Below are positions 48,932 through 59,400 of a DNA stretch of 64,000 nt, piece after piece. Origin of the DNA: an uncultured Bacteroidales bacterium (GTDB lineage: Bacteria > Bacteroidota > Bacteroidia > Bacteroidales > UBA12077). Position 1 is the stretch's first letter, and each line of letters opens with the position of its first letter. The notes beneath the pieces were generated by a model that worked only from the letters and a program-made list of their open reading frames with translations, was not told where the DNA came from and did not search any database. A program made the translations under genes and the position numbers. The DNA is taken from positions 1,114-65,113 of the forward strand of contig CAYWSJ010000001.1 of the NCBI GenBank assembly GCA_964461045.1. Reading direction: 5' to 3'.

Positions 48932-51900
48932 ATGGATAAAATAAAAAATAAGTATAAAATGAAGAAGTCACTTGTATTTAAGGTTTTGCTATTATCAATT
49001 TTTATGTTGATACTAGGCCGGCAAATGTTTGCAACCAATATTCAGGTAAACAATATTGTGATTGTAGAACGTAATGATGCCGAAGAGTACATCATTGTAG
49101 AGTTCGATTTGAGCTGGGACAACAGCTTTAGGGTCGATGACGGTTTAAATACTAACTGGGATGCCGCCTGGGTATTCATGAAGTATAAAAAAACCACTGA
49201 AACGAATGTTCAGTGGGGACACGCTTCACTGCATGGTTCCGGACATACAATACCCGGTAATTTTAGCGGAAATCTTGGTTCTACAGGTGGGGTAAATAAA
49301 GGAATATTTATTTATCCGAGTGTAATTTTTAATGGGACAGCCTCAATTGAAAATGTAAGGTTAAGATGGGATTATGGTGATGATGGCTTGCTCCCTGAGG
49401 ACGAGGTAGATATTCGTGTGTTTGGCATAGAAATGGTATACGTCCCACAGGGTGACTTCTATGCAGGTAGTGGTGGCGATGAAGCAGCCAGATTTCATGC
49501 AGGTGGCGAAGCTGCAGATGTGCCTTTCCAGGTATCGGACGGTGCTTTTCAAATTGAAAATAGTTCTGGCCATCTATATGCCGCTGGAGAGATTCAAACG
49601 CCTGGGCCTTTGGATACTGACTACCCAACCGGATATAACGACTATTATGTAATGAAACATAGTGTCACTCAACAGGCTTATGTTGATTTTCTGAATACAC
49701 TTGATTATGCAAAGCAGAATGCCCGAACAGAAACAGAAGCAAATACAACAGGCTATATTTATGATACATACCGCCATAAGATCCAGGTACAAACAGCAGG
49801 TACTGCTGGTAGCTCTCCGGCAGTTTACTCCACTGATAATCCCTGGGTTGCTTGTGGTTATTTAAGTAAAGAAGATATTTTATCCTATTTAGATTGGGCT
49901 GCTTTACGTCCGATGACGGAGCTTGAATATGAAAAAGCTGCCAGAGGTCCTTCAAACCCGGTACCTAACGAATATGCCTGGGGAAACACAAGAATAGGGA
50001 AAGTAAACGATATATCCGATCCGGGTCTTGCTACAGAAGCTCCGGTTCCTTCGGGTTATCAAAGAGATATTACAATAGACCACAACAAGATAGATGAGGA
50101 TTTAACCGATTTCCCAGTATTGGTTAAACTTGACAGCAATAATTTTGATTTTACTAAATGCCGACCGGATGGTTTTGATATCAGATTTTATGATGCATCC
50201 GGTTCACCCCTGAAATATCAAAGGGAAAGACATGATGAACCCAACGAAAAAGCAGAATATTGGGTGAAAGTTCCTGAAATATCCAGCAGTGAGAATACTG
50301 TGATAACAATGGAGTATGGAAATAGTTCGGCAGCGGACGGTGAGGATGCTGCTAATGTCTGGAACGGCGGAAGTTTTGCATCAATCTGGCACTTAAATGA
50401 AGAAAGTGATGGAACCGCCGGTGAATACAATGACATTGTCGGTAACAATGATGGTCAGGGAATGGGTTCTTTTGCTGTTAGAGTTGACGAACAACTTGGT
50501 TTTGCCCAGGAATTTGAGGGCGATGATTCAATCTCTGTGCCATACGATGTATCACTGGATATCGAAAATAAAATAACAATAAGTGCCTGGGTTAATCCGC
50601 AGGATATTACAGGTGCTTCATTATCAGAATCTACTGCTGCAGACTGGAACGATAATCAGAGTATGACAAACCTTACTGTTGATGGAGATAGTCTGTTAGT
50701 TACGGATCATACATCAGTGGGAGAAAGAATATCTAAGCCTATTTCGCTTGATAGCATTAAGAAAGTGGGTACCAGTACAATAAACTGGGAAGACAATTAT
50801 GGTTACAAGGTGAAAGCTTTCACAAGTGATGGAAAATTTACTGTTCCGGAAGGTGTTACTGAAGTTGATGTTCTTGTCGTCGCTGGTGGCGGCGGAGGCG
50901 GAGGTAACTCCGGAGGCGGCACCGGTGGCGGCGGCGGCGGCGCCGGAGGCCTGGTATGGCAGGAAGGACATAGCGTAACGCCAGGATCTATAATTGATGT
51001 ACAAGTTGGCGCCGGTGGCGCCGGTGGCCCTGCTGATACCAGGGGCGAACCCGGCGAAAATAGTCAATTCGGAAGTATAGAAGCCATCGGTGGTGGCGCT
51101 GGTGATACCAGGGGCAGTTCATCTACCGATTGGGTTTCAGGAAATTACGGTGACGGTGGCTCCGGTGGCGGTTCCAACTATGCCAATATTGATCCGGGTG
51201 TTTATGGTGCTGGAACTGCCGGACAAGGTAATGATGGCGGTACCGGTGAACAGAATAACTCCGGACAGGGCGGAGGCGGCGGTGGCGCCGGCGCTCCAGG
51301 GGAAAATGGAGTAGCTGATCAGAGTACAACCCGCCCACATGGAGGTGATGGATTATACTACGGAGATGTATTTGGTGATAGTTATGGTGCAAGCGGCTGG
51401 TTCGCCGGCGGTGGTGGCGGCGGAAGTGCTGATGATGCTAACGTGGCAGGACCCGGTGACGGAGGCCAGGGTGGCGGCGGAAACGGTGGTGGAGACCCAG
51501 ATGGTCCGACTGTCGGCCAAACTAACACCGGCGGAGGCGGCGGTGGCGCCGGCGGAGCCGGAGGTGCCGGAGCTGATGGTGGTTCAGGTATTGTGCTTGT
51601 CAGATACAAAAGCCCGGAATCAGTAAATGTATATACTGTAGTAAACAGCGATAATACAACTCCTCCAACTTTTAAAGGACAACAGGTTTTTAATTCTGAT
51701 GGTACTTTTACTGTTCCTGAAGGTATTACAAAAGTAGATGTGCTTGTAGTAGCAGGAGGTGGTGCTGGCAGCGCCGGAACATCAGGCGGAGGAGGAGCAG
51801 GTGGCCTGGTATGGGAAACAGGCTATAGTGTCACTCCGGGAGAGAATATTAATGTAGTAGTCGGTGCTGGCGGTACAGGTGGTCCTAATCCGGGCAATGA

Positions 51901-53365
51901 TCCTCAAGCCGGCACAAATGGAGAAAATAGTTCCTTCGGATCCATAGTAGCTACAGGAGGAGGATATGGCTCATGTGGTCATCCTACCCCTGCAAATGCA
52001 GTTGCCGCAGCAAATGGTGGATCCGGTGGTGGAGCGATGGAATATAACGGAACTTATAGAGGTTTCGGAACAGGAATTTCAGGCCAGGGTAATAATGGTG
52101 GAGATGTTGCCGGAGGTTCTAATGCTACTGCCGGTGGTGCCGGTGCTGGTAGCGTTGGAAGTTCTGTAATAAACACTGCAGGTGATGGTGGCATTGGCCG
52201 GGATTTTAGCCATATTTTTGGAGCAGGCGTTGGAGACAATGGTTGGTTCGCCGGCGGTGGCGGCGGCGGATTTCCTTCATCACCCGGCCAGGGAGGCCTT
52301 GGTGGAGGTGGAAATGGTATTGCCGGAGGCAATGCACCAGCAGCTTCCAATGAAGGAATGCCCAACACCGGTGGCGGTGGTGGCGGCGGCTGGAATTACA
52401 ATGCCGGTACCGGCGCTGATGGAGGATCTGGTGTTGTTATTGTCCGATGGGGAAACTATGCTTCCAAAGGTGATGAAATACCTGGAATTGAACATGGCGA
52501 CGATCTGTCAGGAAAGTATTTATGGGTTATGCAGGAATTGAAAACAAACAATCCTGATTATTCCCCCTCTCTGAATAGTCTGGATATAGAAATAAAAGGT
52601 GAAGCCGTTGTTACAGGCAAAGGAGAAGATACATACCAAATGAGCGTTTACGATGGTAATCTGAAAGGTTATATCAACAGCCAGGAAGTATCCTCTTCCA
52701 GTTTAACCAATGATGTATACCAACACGTAGCCATTACATACGATGGGTCTTTCCAGCGTATTTATATTAATGGTCTGCTAACAGGAACCAGTTCTTTAAC
52801 CGGAAATATAAATACCAATGCAAATAACCTGCTAATGGGAACAAACCTTGAAGGGATTCTTGACGAAGTGCGGTTATCTGATACTTCAAGATCACAAGCA
52901 TGGCTGAAAGCAGAATTTCATTCCGGAAATCTTGATTTATTAACTATTGGCGGAGAAGGTGCCCTGAGTAATGCTGCTGTTGAAAATGTTGAGTACGACG
53001 CTGTAGGTTCTGCCGGACCTCTTCGGGTTGGTTTTGGAGCAACAGCAAGTAGTTCGAGAACTGCTGCCGGGTCTTCTTATTGGGGTATTCCCGGCTTGAG
53101 TGGAAATGTTTGGGAACGTACGGTTACTGTCGGAAATGCTACAGGTCGTTCATTTAACGGCTTACACGGCAATGGCTTACTTAATGCAAGTGGTCTGTTT
53201 GATGTTACCAATTGGGATATTAACGGTCTTGGTTTTCGGGGAGGTGCTTTTCACCATCAGATTAGTGATGGTTATTTCAGAATCTCTGACAGAACAGCTG
53301 CTGAACACACAAGTGATGCCCGTGGTTTTTCATGGGGTGGAAGAGGAGTACGTACAGCACCATAA
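48932..53365 (+). CDS. 1,477-aa secreted multidomain protein: split FGE/SUMF1-like domain enclosing DUF2341-like and LamG-like domains, with the LamG itself split by two glycine-rich domains
   Basis: Likely start ATG 48959 (MKKSLVFKVLLLSIFMLILG). FGE N-part 49424-49988 (MVYVPQGDFYAG..YVMKHSVTQQAYVDFL..LRPMTELEYEKAARG..YAWGN). DUF2341-like 50068-50325 (ITIDHNKIDEDLTDFPVLVKL..). LamG N-part to ~50600 (..ITISAWVNPQD). Glycine-rich domains 50815-52452. LamG C-part 52618-52920 (..YQHVAITYDG..IYINGL..LDEVRLSD). FGE C-part 53093-53362 (SGNVWERT..FRGGAF..). Confidence 0.85.
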   Translation: MDKIKNKYKMKKSLVFKVLLLSIFMLILGRQMFATNIQVNNIVIVERNDAEEYIIVEFDLSWDNSFRVDDGLNTNWDAAWVFMKYKKTTETNVQWGHASLHGSGHTIPGNFSGNLGSTGGVNKGIFIYPSVIFNGTASIENVRLRWDYGDDGLLPEDEVDIRVFGIEMVYVPQGDFYAGSGGDEAARFHAGGEAADVPFQVSDGAFQIENSSGHLYAAGEIQTPGPLDTDYPTGYNDYYVMKHSVTQQAYVDFLNTLDYAKQNARTETEANTTGYIYDTYRHKIQVQTAGTAGSSPAVYSTDNPWVACGYLSKEDILSYLDWAALRPMTELEYEKAARGPSNPVPNEYAWGNTRIGKVNDISDPGLATEAPVPSGYQRDITIDHNKIDEDLTDFPVLVKLDSNNFDFTKCRPDGFDIRFYDASGSPLKYQRERHDEPNEKAEYWVKVPEISSSENTVITMEYGNSSAADGEDAANVWNGGSFASIWHLNEESDGTAGEYNDIVGNNDGQGMGSFAVRVDEQLGFAQEFEGDDSISVPYDVSLDIENKITISAWVNPQDITGASLSESTAADWNDNQSMTNLTVDGDSLLVTDHTSVGERISKPISLDSIKKVGTSTINWEDNYGYKVKAFTSDGKFTVPEGVTEVDVLVVAGGGGGGGNSGGGTGGGGGGAGGLVWQEGHSVTPGSIIDVQVGAGGAGGPADTRGEPGENSQFGSIEAIGGGAGDTRGSSSTDWVSGNYGDGGSGGGSNYANIDPGVYGAGTAGQGNDGGTGEQNNSGQGGGGGGAGAPGENGVADQSTTRPHGGDGLYYGDVFGDSYGASGWFAGGGGGGSADDANVAGPGDGGQGGGGNGGGDPDGPTVGQTNTGGGGGGAGGAGGAGADGGSGIVLVRYKSPESVNVYTVVNSDNTTPPTFKGQQVFNSDGTFTVPEGITKVDVLVVAGGGAGSAGTSGGGGAGGLVWETGYSVTPGENINVVVGAGGTGGPNPGNDPQAGTNGENSSFGSIVATGGGYGSCGHPTPANAVAAANGGSGGGAMEYNGTYRGFGTGISGQGNNGGDVAGGSNATAGGAGAGSVGSSVINTAGDGGIGRDFSHIFGAGVGDNGWFAGGGGGGFPSSPGQGGLGGGGNGIAGGNAPAASNEGMPNTGGGGGGGWNYNAGTGADGGSGVVIVRWGNYASKGDEIPGIEHGDDLSGKYLWVMQELKTNNPDYSPSLNSLDIEIKGEAVVTGKGEDTYQMSVYDGNLKGYINSQEVSSSSLTNDVYQHVAITYDGSFQRIYINGLLTGTSSLTGNINTNANNLLMGTNLEGILDEVRLSDTSRSQAWLKAEFHSGNLDLLTIGGEGALSNAAVENVEYDAVGSAGPLRVGFGATASSSRTAAGSSYWGIPGLSGNVWERTVTVGNATGRSFNGLHGNGLLNASGLFDVTNWDINGLGFRGGAFHHQISDGYFRISDRTAAEHTSDARGFSWGGRGVRTAP
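50815..52452 (+). repeat. two tandem glycine-rich domains (~265 and ~255 aa)
   Basis: Each starts F(T/N)SDG(K/T)FTVPEG(V/I)T(E/K)VDVLVVAGGG and ends ADGGSG(I/V)V(L/I)VR(Y/W), at 50815-51612 and 51685-52452. The GGN-codon-rich sequence spawns off-frame and antisense ORFs. Confidence 0.75.
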
Positions 53366-53431
53366 ATTGATAACAATTAAAACAAAATTACAAAATGAAT
53401 ATTGAACTGTACAGCCGATAAAAAACATTAA

Positions 53432-56400
53432 ATGCAACGACTGATATTATATTTTCTTTTAATATTCTTCCAGGCAGGCACTCTTTTTGCCCAACCTGAT
53501 TATATGCAAGTTACCACCCAGCCTCAAAATACCGAGGCTGGCCAGGTCGTTGCGGGAAATCCGGTTGTAACAGTTTATGATTCAGATGATAATCCTGTAG
53601 GGGCAGGAACAAATGTTAATGTTACCCTGAATAAGCATAGTTTTGCAGGATCAAGCACACTTACAGTTGCAACAGATGATAACGGAAGAGCCGTTTTTTC
53701 AAACCTGGTTATTGATACTGCTGCAAACAATTATCAACTAACTTTTAGCTCCGGCTCTCTTTCTGATGTTGCTTCAAATAATTTTAATGTTACTTCTGCT
53801 GCTCCTGACTATATGTCTATAACAACACAACCCGGAGATACTATCCAGGGTTATCCTGTTGCCGGTTTCCCAACTGTAACAGTTTATGACACTTATGGTA
53901 ATCCGGTGCAGAACATCGAAATCACAGTTACTGTCAATAAAAATTCATTAAACGGTACTTTAACTGAAACAACAAATTCAAATGGTACAGCCTTATTTAA
54001 CAATCTTATTATAGATGTTTTTGACACTGGTTATGAGTTAACTTTTGATGCTGATGATACGGATGCTCCGGGTGTTGCAAATGTAACTTCAACAACTTTT
54101 GAAATATTCGAAGAACAAGCCACCATTACAACAATCAACCAACCTGTGAATAGTGTTGTTTCATATCCCCTGGAAGGAGATAATGTTATTCAGGGACCAG
54201 CCGTTCTGGTAAAGAATATGTCCGGGGATTCACTTCAGGGTATTAATATCATTGCTGAATTATCGGGAGGGTCATTTGGCAGTTCCAGTATAGATACAAT
54301 AACAACAGATTCCGATGGTATTGCTGTATTTGACAGTTTATTAATTAATAACCCGGGAACTGGATACCAGATCATATTCAGTACAGGAACCAATGCCGTG
54401 GCTGATGAAATTTCAACTACTTTTGATGTTCTTTCGGAAAGTGGTGTTTTAATTCTGAATCAGCAACCTGAGGAGAGCATAGAAGCCTACCCGGTCGAGG
54501 GGCCTCCGACAATATACCTGGAAGATGGAGGTTCTCCAATAATTGGGACTGATGTAACTGCATATTTGAGTAAGAATAGTTTTTCCGCGGAAAGCAAACT
54601 TACTGTAACCACAGATAATTCCGGTATTGCTGTGTTTGATAGTTTATTTATTGATTCAGTAGACACGGACTATCAGATTTATTTTAAAGCCTCACAAGCG
54701 GGTGTTTCAACTATTATTTCCGATTCTTTTGATGTGGTTGAGGAACTTGCTACCTTATCTGTAAATCAACAACCGGAGTTAACCATATCCGGAGAATTAA
54801 TTAATGGTCCTCCATCAGTGGAATTAATTGATAAAAGTACAGGAAATCCACCTTCTTCTCCTGTAAATATTTATGCATACATTAATAAAAACGACTTTGC
54901 CGGAGAAAGTGATACTATAGCTACTGCTAAACCGGCCAATAACGGAATTGCTACTTTTGACAGTTTGATTGTTAATCATTCTGAAAATGATTATGAAATT
55001 AGATTCTCCACAAATTCATCAGGTATTGCGGATATTACTACTGATTCATTCGATATAATACCTGTAGCGGGCACTATGACAATTGATCCTCAGCCTGTAG
55101 AAACTATAGAAGGTTACCCGGTAGCCGGACCCCCAAAAATTACAATTCTTGATCCTGGTGATAATCCTCTACAGGGAATTTCTGTCGAAGCCATACTGAA
55201 TAAAAACGGTTTTGCTTCAGGCACAACAACCCTATCAACAAATGCTGATGGAGAAGCGATTTTTGATGACTTGATTATTAACGATGTAGCTGCAAATTAC
55301 AACATTCAGTTTAATGTTGATGTAAGTACAGGTGTTGTAAGTCAAACTTCAAATAATTTTGATGTTGTTGAGGAAACTGCTTTTCTTACTGTTCAGAATC
55401 AGCCTTCTTTAACAGTTGCAGGAGAGGTGGTGAATGGCACGCCATCGGTCTTGCTTGAAGACGCTGTTACAGGTGACCCGATTGCAAATGCTACAATTAA
55501 TGTGTCACTGAATAAAGGAAATATTTCCGGAGGAACGACATCTGTATTAACAAATTCAAGCGGTATAGCTGTTTTTGATGATTTATTTATAGACAATGAC
55601 GATCAGGATTATGAATTAATATTTTCCACAGGTACTTCCGGAATTGCTGATATTCATTCTGGACAATTTGATGTGGTACCTGTTGCAGGAGAAATTTCCA
55701 TAATTCAGCAACCACAGGAAACTGTCGATGGATACACTGTTGCAGCCCCCCCAGCAATAGAAATATTGCGGACAGATGGTATTACGCCTATGCCAGGGTT
55801 AGATGTAACAGCCACTATAAACAAAAATAATTTTACAGGCCCCAGCACAACAACGCTAACTACAGATGTAAACGGAGAAGCTTTTTTTGATAACCTCACA
55901 CTTAACCAGGCTGCTGATGATTATGAAATTACTTTTACGCTTGATCCTTCTGACAGTATACCCGATACAACTACAACAAAATTCAATGTAGTCAACGAAG
56001 TCGCTGTTATTACAATTCAAAATCAGCCTCAACTTACCATTGCTGGTGAATACATAAATGGCCCTCCTTCTGTAATACTTGAAACACCAAGTGGAACACC
56101 AATTAGCGGAGGAACAATTTATGTAAGCCTGAATCAGTCGGATTTTGCCACAGAAAGTGTTGTTTCCGCTACTTCAAATTCAAGCGGGATTGCAACCTTT
56201 GATAGCCTGATTATCGATGATGCAAACACGGGCTATGAAATAACATTTTCTTCAAATTCTTCCGGTATAGCGCCCAAAACATCTTCCTCCTTTGAAATTG
56301 TTGATCCTGAAGGTCTCATAGAAATAACTCAGCAACCTCTTGAAACTGTTAATGGCCAACCTGTCGCAGGTCCACCTTCTGTGTCAATCACAGAAACTAA

Positions 56401-59400
56401 TGGTGATCCATGGGGTGGCAATGAAGTTGATATTACAGTATCTATTAATAAAAACGGATTTAGCAGTGGAACATTAACAAAAACAACAACCGGAGGTAGC
56501 GCTGCCTTTGATAATCTAATTCTAAATAGCATTGATACGGATTATCAATTAACTTTTTCTACTGACATTTCTGAACGAATACCATCTGAAAAAACTGATA
56601 GTTTTGATGTGGTAGCTGTAACAGGTAATATGAATATTACTCTTCAGCCTTCAGAAACCGTTGCGGGTGATCCCATTAACGGCCCCCCAACAGTGATACT
56701 GACAAATTTATCAGGCAATCCGGTTCAGGGAGTTGATATCACTGCCTCTCTTAATAAAAATTCATTTAATGGAAGCAGTACTACAACGGTTACTACTAAC
56801 TCCAGTGGAGAGGCGGTTTTTGATAACCTCATGATTGATGTTTTTGATACCGGTTACGAAATCACTTTTTCGTCGGAGGCCTCGGGAGTAGCAGATATTA
56901 CATCCAATCCTTTTGAAGTAACAGATGCTACTCTGTCAATGAGCGTGACAACGCAACCACAACAATCTGTTGCAGGAGACACTGTTGAAGGTTATCCTGC
57001 TGTAACAGTAACCAATGGTGGTGGCGGAATTTCCGGAGTAGTTGTTACAGCTTCTATAAACAAAAACAATTTTGACGGTGCAAGCACACTAACTGCTACT
57101 ACAGATGGAGGAGGAGTCGCTACATTTGATAATCTTATTTTGAATACTGCCGACACAGATTATAAGATAACTTTTAATGCTGATTATTCAGGAGTTCCAA
57201 ATGCATTATCAAGCCCTTTTGAAATAATTGCTGCTTCACCTGATGATATAATTGTTACTACTGAACCTTCTCAAACTGAAGCAGGATCAGTTATTCAAGG
57301 ACCTCCAACTGCCTTGTTGCTTGATGAATTCGGAAATCCGGTTAGCGGAGTAAATATTGATGTTGTTCCTAACCAGCATAACTTTGCATCAGGAACAACC
57401 TCTAAAACCACCAGCAACAATGGTAAAGCTATTTTTGATGACCTGGTTTTAAATATAGCTGAAGATAATTACCAGTTATTGTTTACCGAGTCGGGCGGAG
57501 CTGACGCTAATTCTGATTATTTTGAAGTCACCAGCGCTCAGGAAGATACACTTAAGATTCTTAACCACCCATTTGAAACAGTAGCCGGTGCAGCAATTAA
57601 TGGTCCCCCTACAGTCCTTGTTGAAGATGAATATGGAAATCCTGTTACAGGTATTACGGTTTCTCTGAATGAAGAGGGTGGCTATCCTATTGATGCAGGA
57701 ACACTTAACCTGGAGACCCAGGATAACGGACAGGTCTCTTTTACTGACCTTGTAATTAATACAGAAAATATTGGCTATCAATTGCGTTTTAGCACCGGAG
57801 GAATTCAAAATCTTTCAAATAAATTTAATGTCGTTCCCGGTACCATCTTTCCAAGGTTTCATGGAAGCACACACAGCGGTTATGTAACTCACCTAAATAA
57901 CAATAATTCACTAGGACAAACTCCTACCCGTATTGAAATTGACATGCAGCCACAGGAAAGTGTAGTCGGATCTAATATTGAAGGACCTCCTGAAATTGTG
58001 GTTTATGATGCAACTGATCAACCGGTGTCAAATGTTTCAGTAACAGTTAGCGGTGCTGTATTCAGCAGCGGAACAGTAACCCGCACAACTGATGAAAATG
58101 GTCATATTCCCTTTAATGACCTTGTAATTGATACTAAAGGGACATATAATTTAACTTTTACTGCTGATGACTATCCTTCAGTAACCGCTCAGTCTAATGA
58201 TTTTGAAGTCATTGATGCAATAGCTACAATGACTATGGACATACAACCCCAGGAGACAGTAGCCGGACAACCCGTGGCAGGTCATCCAGCAGTTCTGCTT
58301 GAAAATTCTATAGGAATGCCTATGGAGGGAGTTGATATTAGAGTTTATATCAACCAGCATTCGTTCGTGTCGGGAAATACTACTGTTCAAACCGATGCAA
58401 ATGGGTTGGCTGTTTTTGATGATTTGGTTATTAATAAGGCTGCTGAAAATTATCAGTTGATTTTTGATGCAGATTATTCCGGAGTACAGAATCTAACTTC
58501 AGGCAGTTTTAAAGTGATTAATGCCAATGCCCATAACCTGCAAGTTACAACGCAACCCATGGAAACTTATCAGGGAGCAACAATTGAAGGTCCACCTGTT
58601 GCTCGTGTTACAGATGAATACGGCAATCCAGTGCCTGGTGCTGAAATCTCTGTATCAGAAGTTTCAGGGGCTATTGATGCTGGTATTACCAATATTACTT
58701 CAGATATTAATGGTTATGCTACTTTTTCTACATTGGTTATAAACGACAATGGTACTTATCAACTAAACTTTTCATCTTCGGGTCTAACGGACGCTTTATC
58801 CAATAATTTTCAGGTGGTTCCCGGTACCGTTGCTAATCGTTTTAAAGGAAGCAGCCATAGTGGATTTGGAAATAAATCAATTCAAAATAAACTCCTGGGT
58901 CAAAAACCTGTTCGAATGGAGATGGTGACACAGCCGCTGGAAACTGTAGCCGGATTTGCTATTGAAGGTCCACCGGTTATTGGTGTTTATGATGCACTTG
59001 ACAACCCCGTTCCGAACGTACAAGTTACTGTAACTGCTATTGGCGGTTCTCTTGACAACGGAACATACACAAAAACAACAAACGAACAGGGAGAAATTAC
59101 CTTTAATGACCTGATTATAAACACTTCAGGTACATATCAGCTATCCTTTACTGCTGATAATTATTCCGGTACAGTGTCTGATTTACAGTCTTCTAACTTT
59201 GATATAGTTGACCAGGTTTATAACATGCAAATAGAAACCCAACCTGGAAATACTACTGCTGGTCAAACTGTTAATGGAGTTCCTAAAGTTTCAATTACAA
59301 ATTTTATTAACCAGCCATTATCAGGAGTGGAGGTTACTGTGTATATCAATCAGTTTAGCTTTGCTTCCGGAACAATGACAGTCCAAACAGATGAGAATGG

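Noticed and set aside
51090-52541. Off-frame and antisense ORFs in the glycine-rich region, including the Pro-rich 51382..51609(-) and 52054..52368(-), and 51339..51626(+) and 52182..52541(+).
   Set aside because: They are alternative readings of GGN/GCN codon runs (CCN on the antisense strand). The sense frame is continuous with well-defined flanking domains.
53394-53420. 8-codon mini-ORF (MNIELYSR*) in the 66-bp spacer before the giant ORF, a possible leader peptide.
   Set aside because: It is too short to support from sequence alone. No attenuator-like structure was seen around it.
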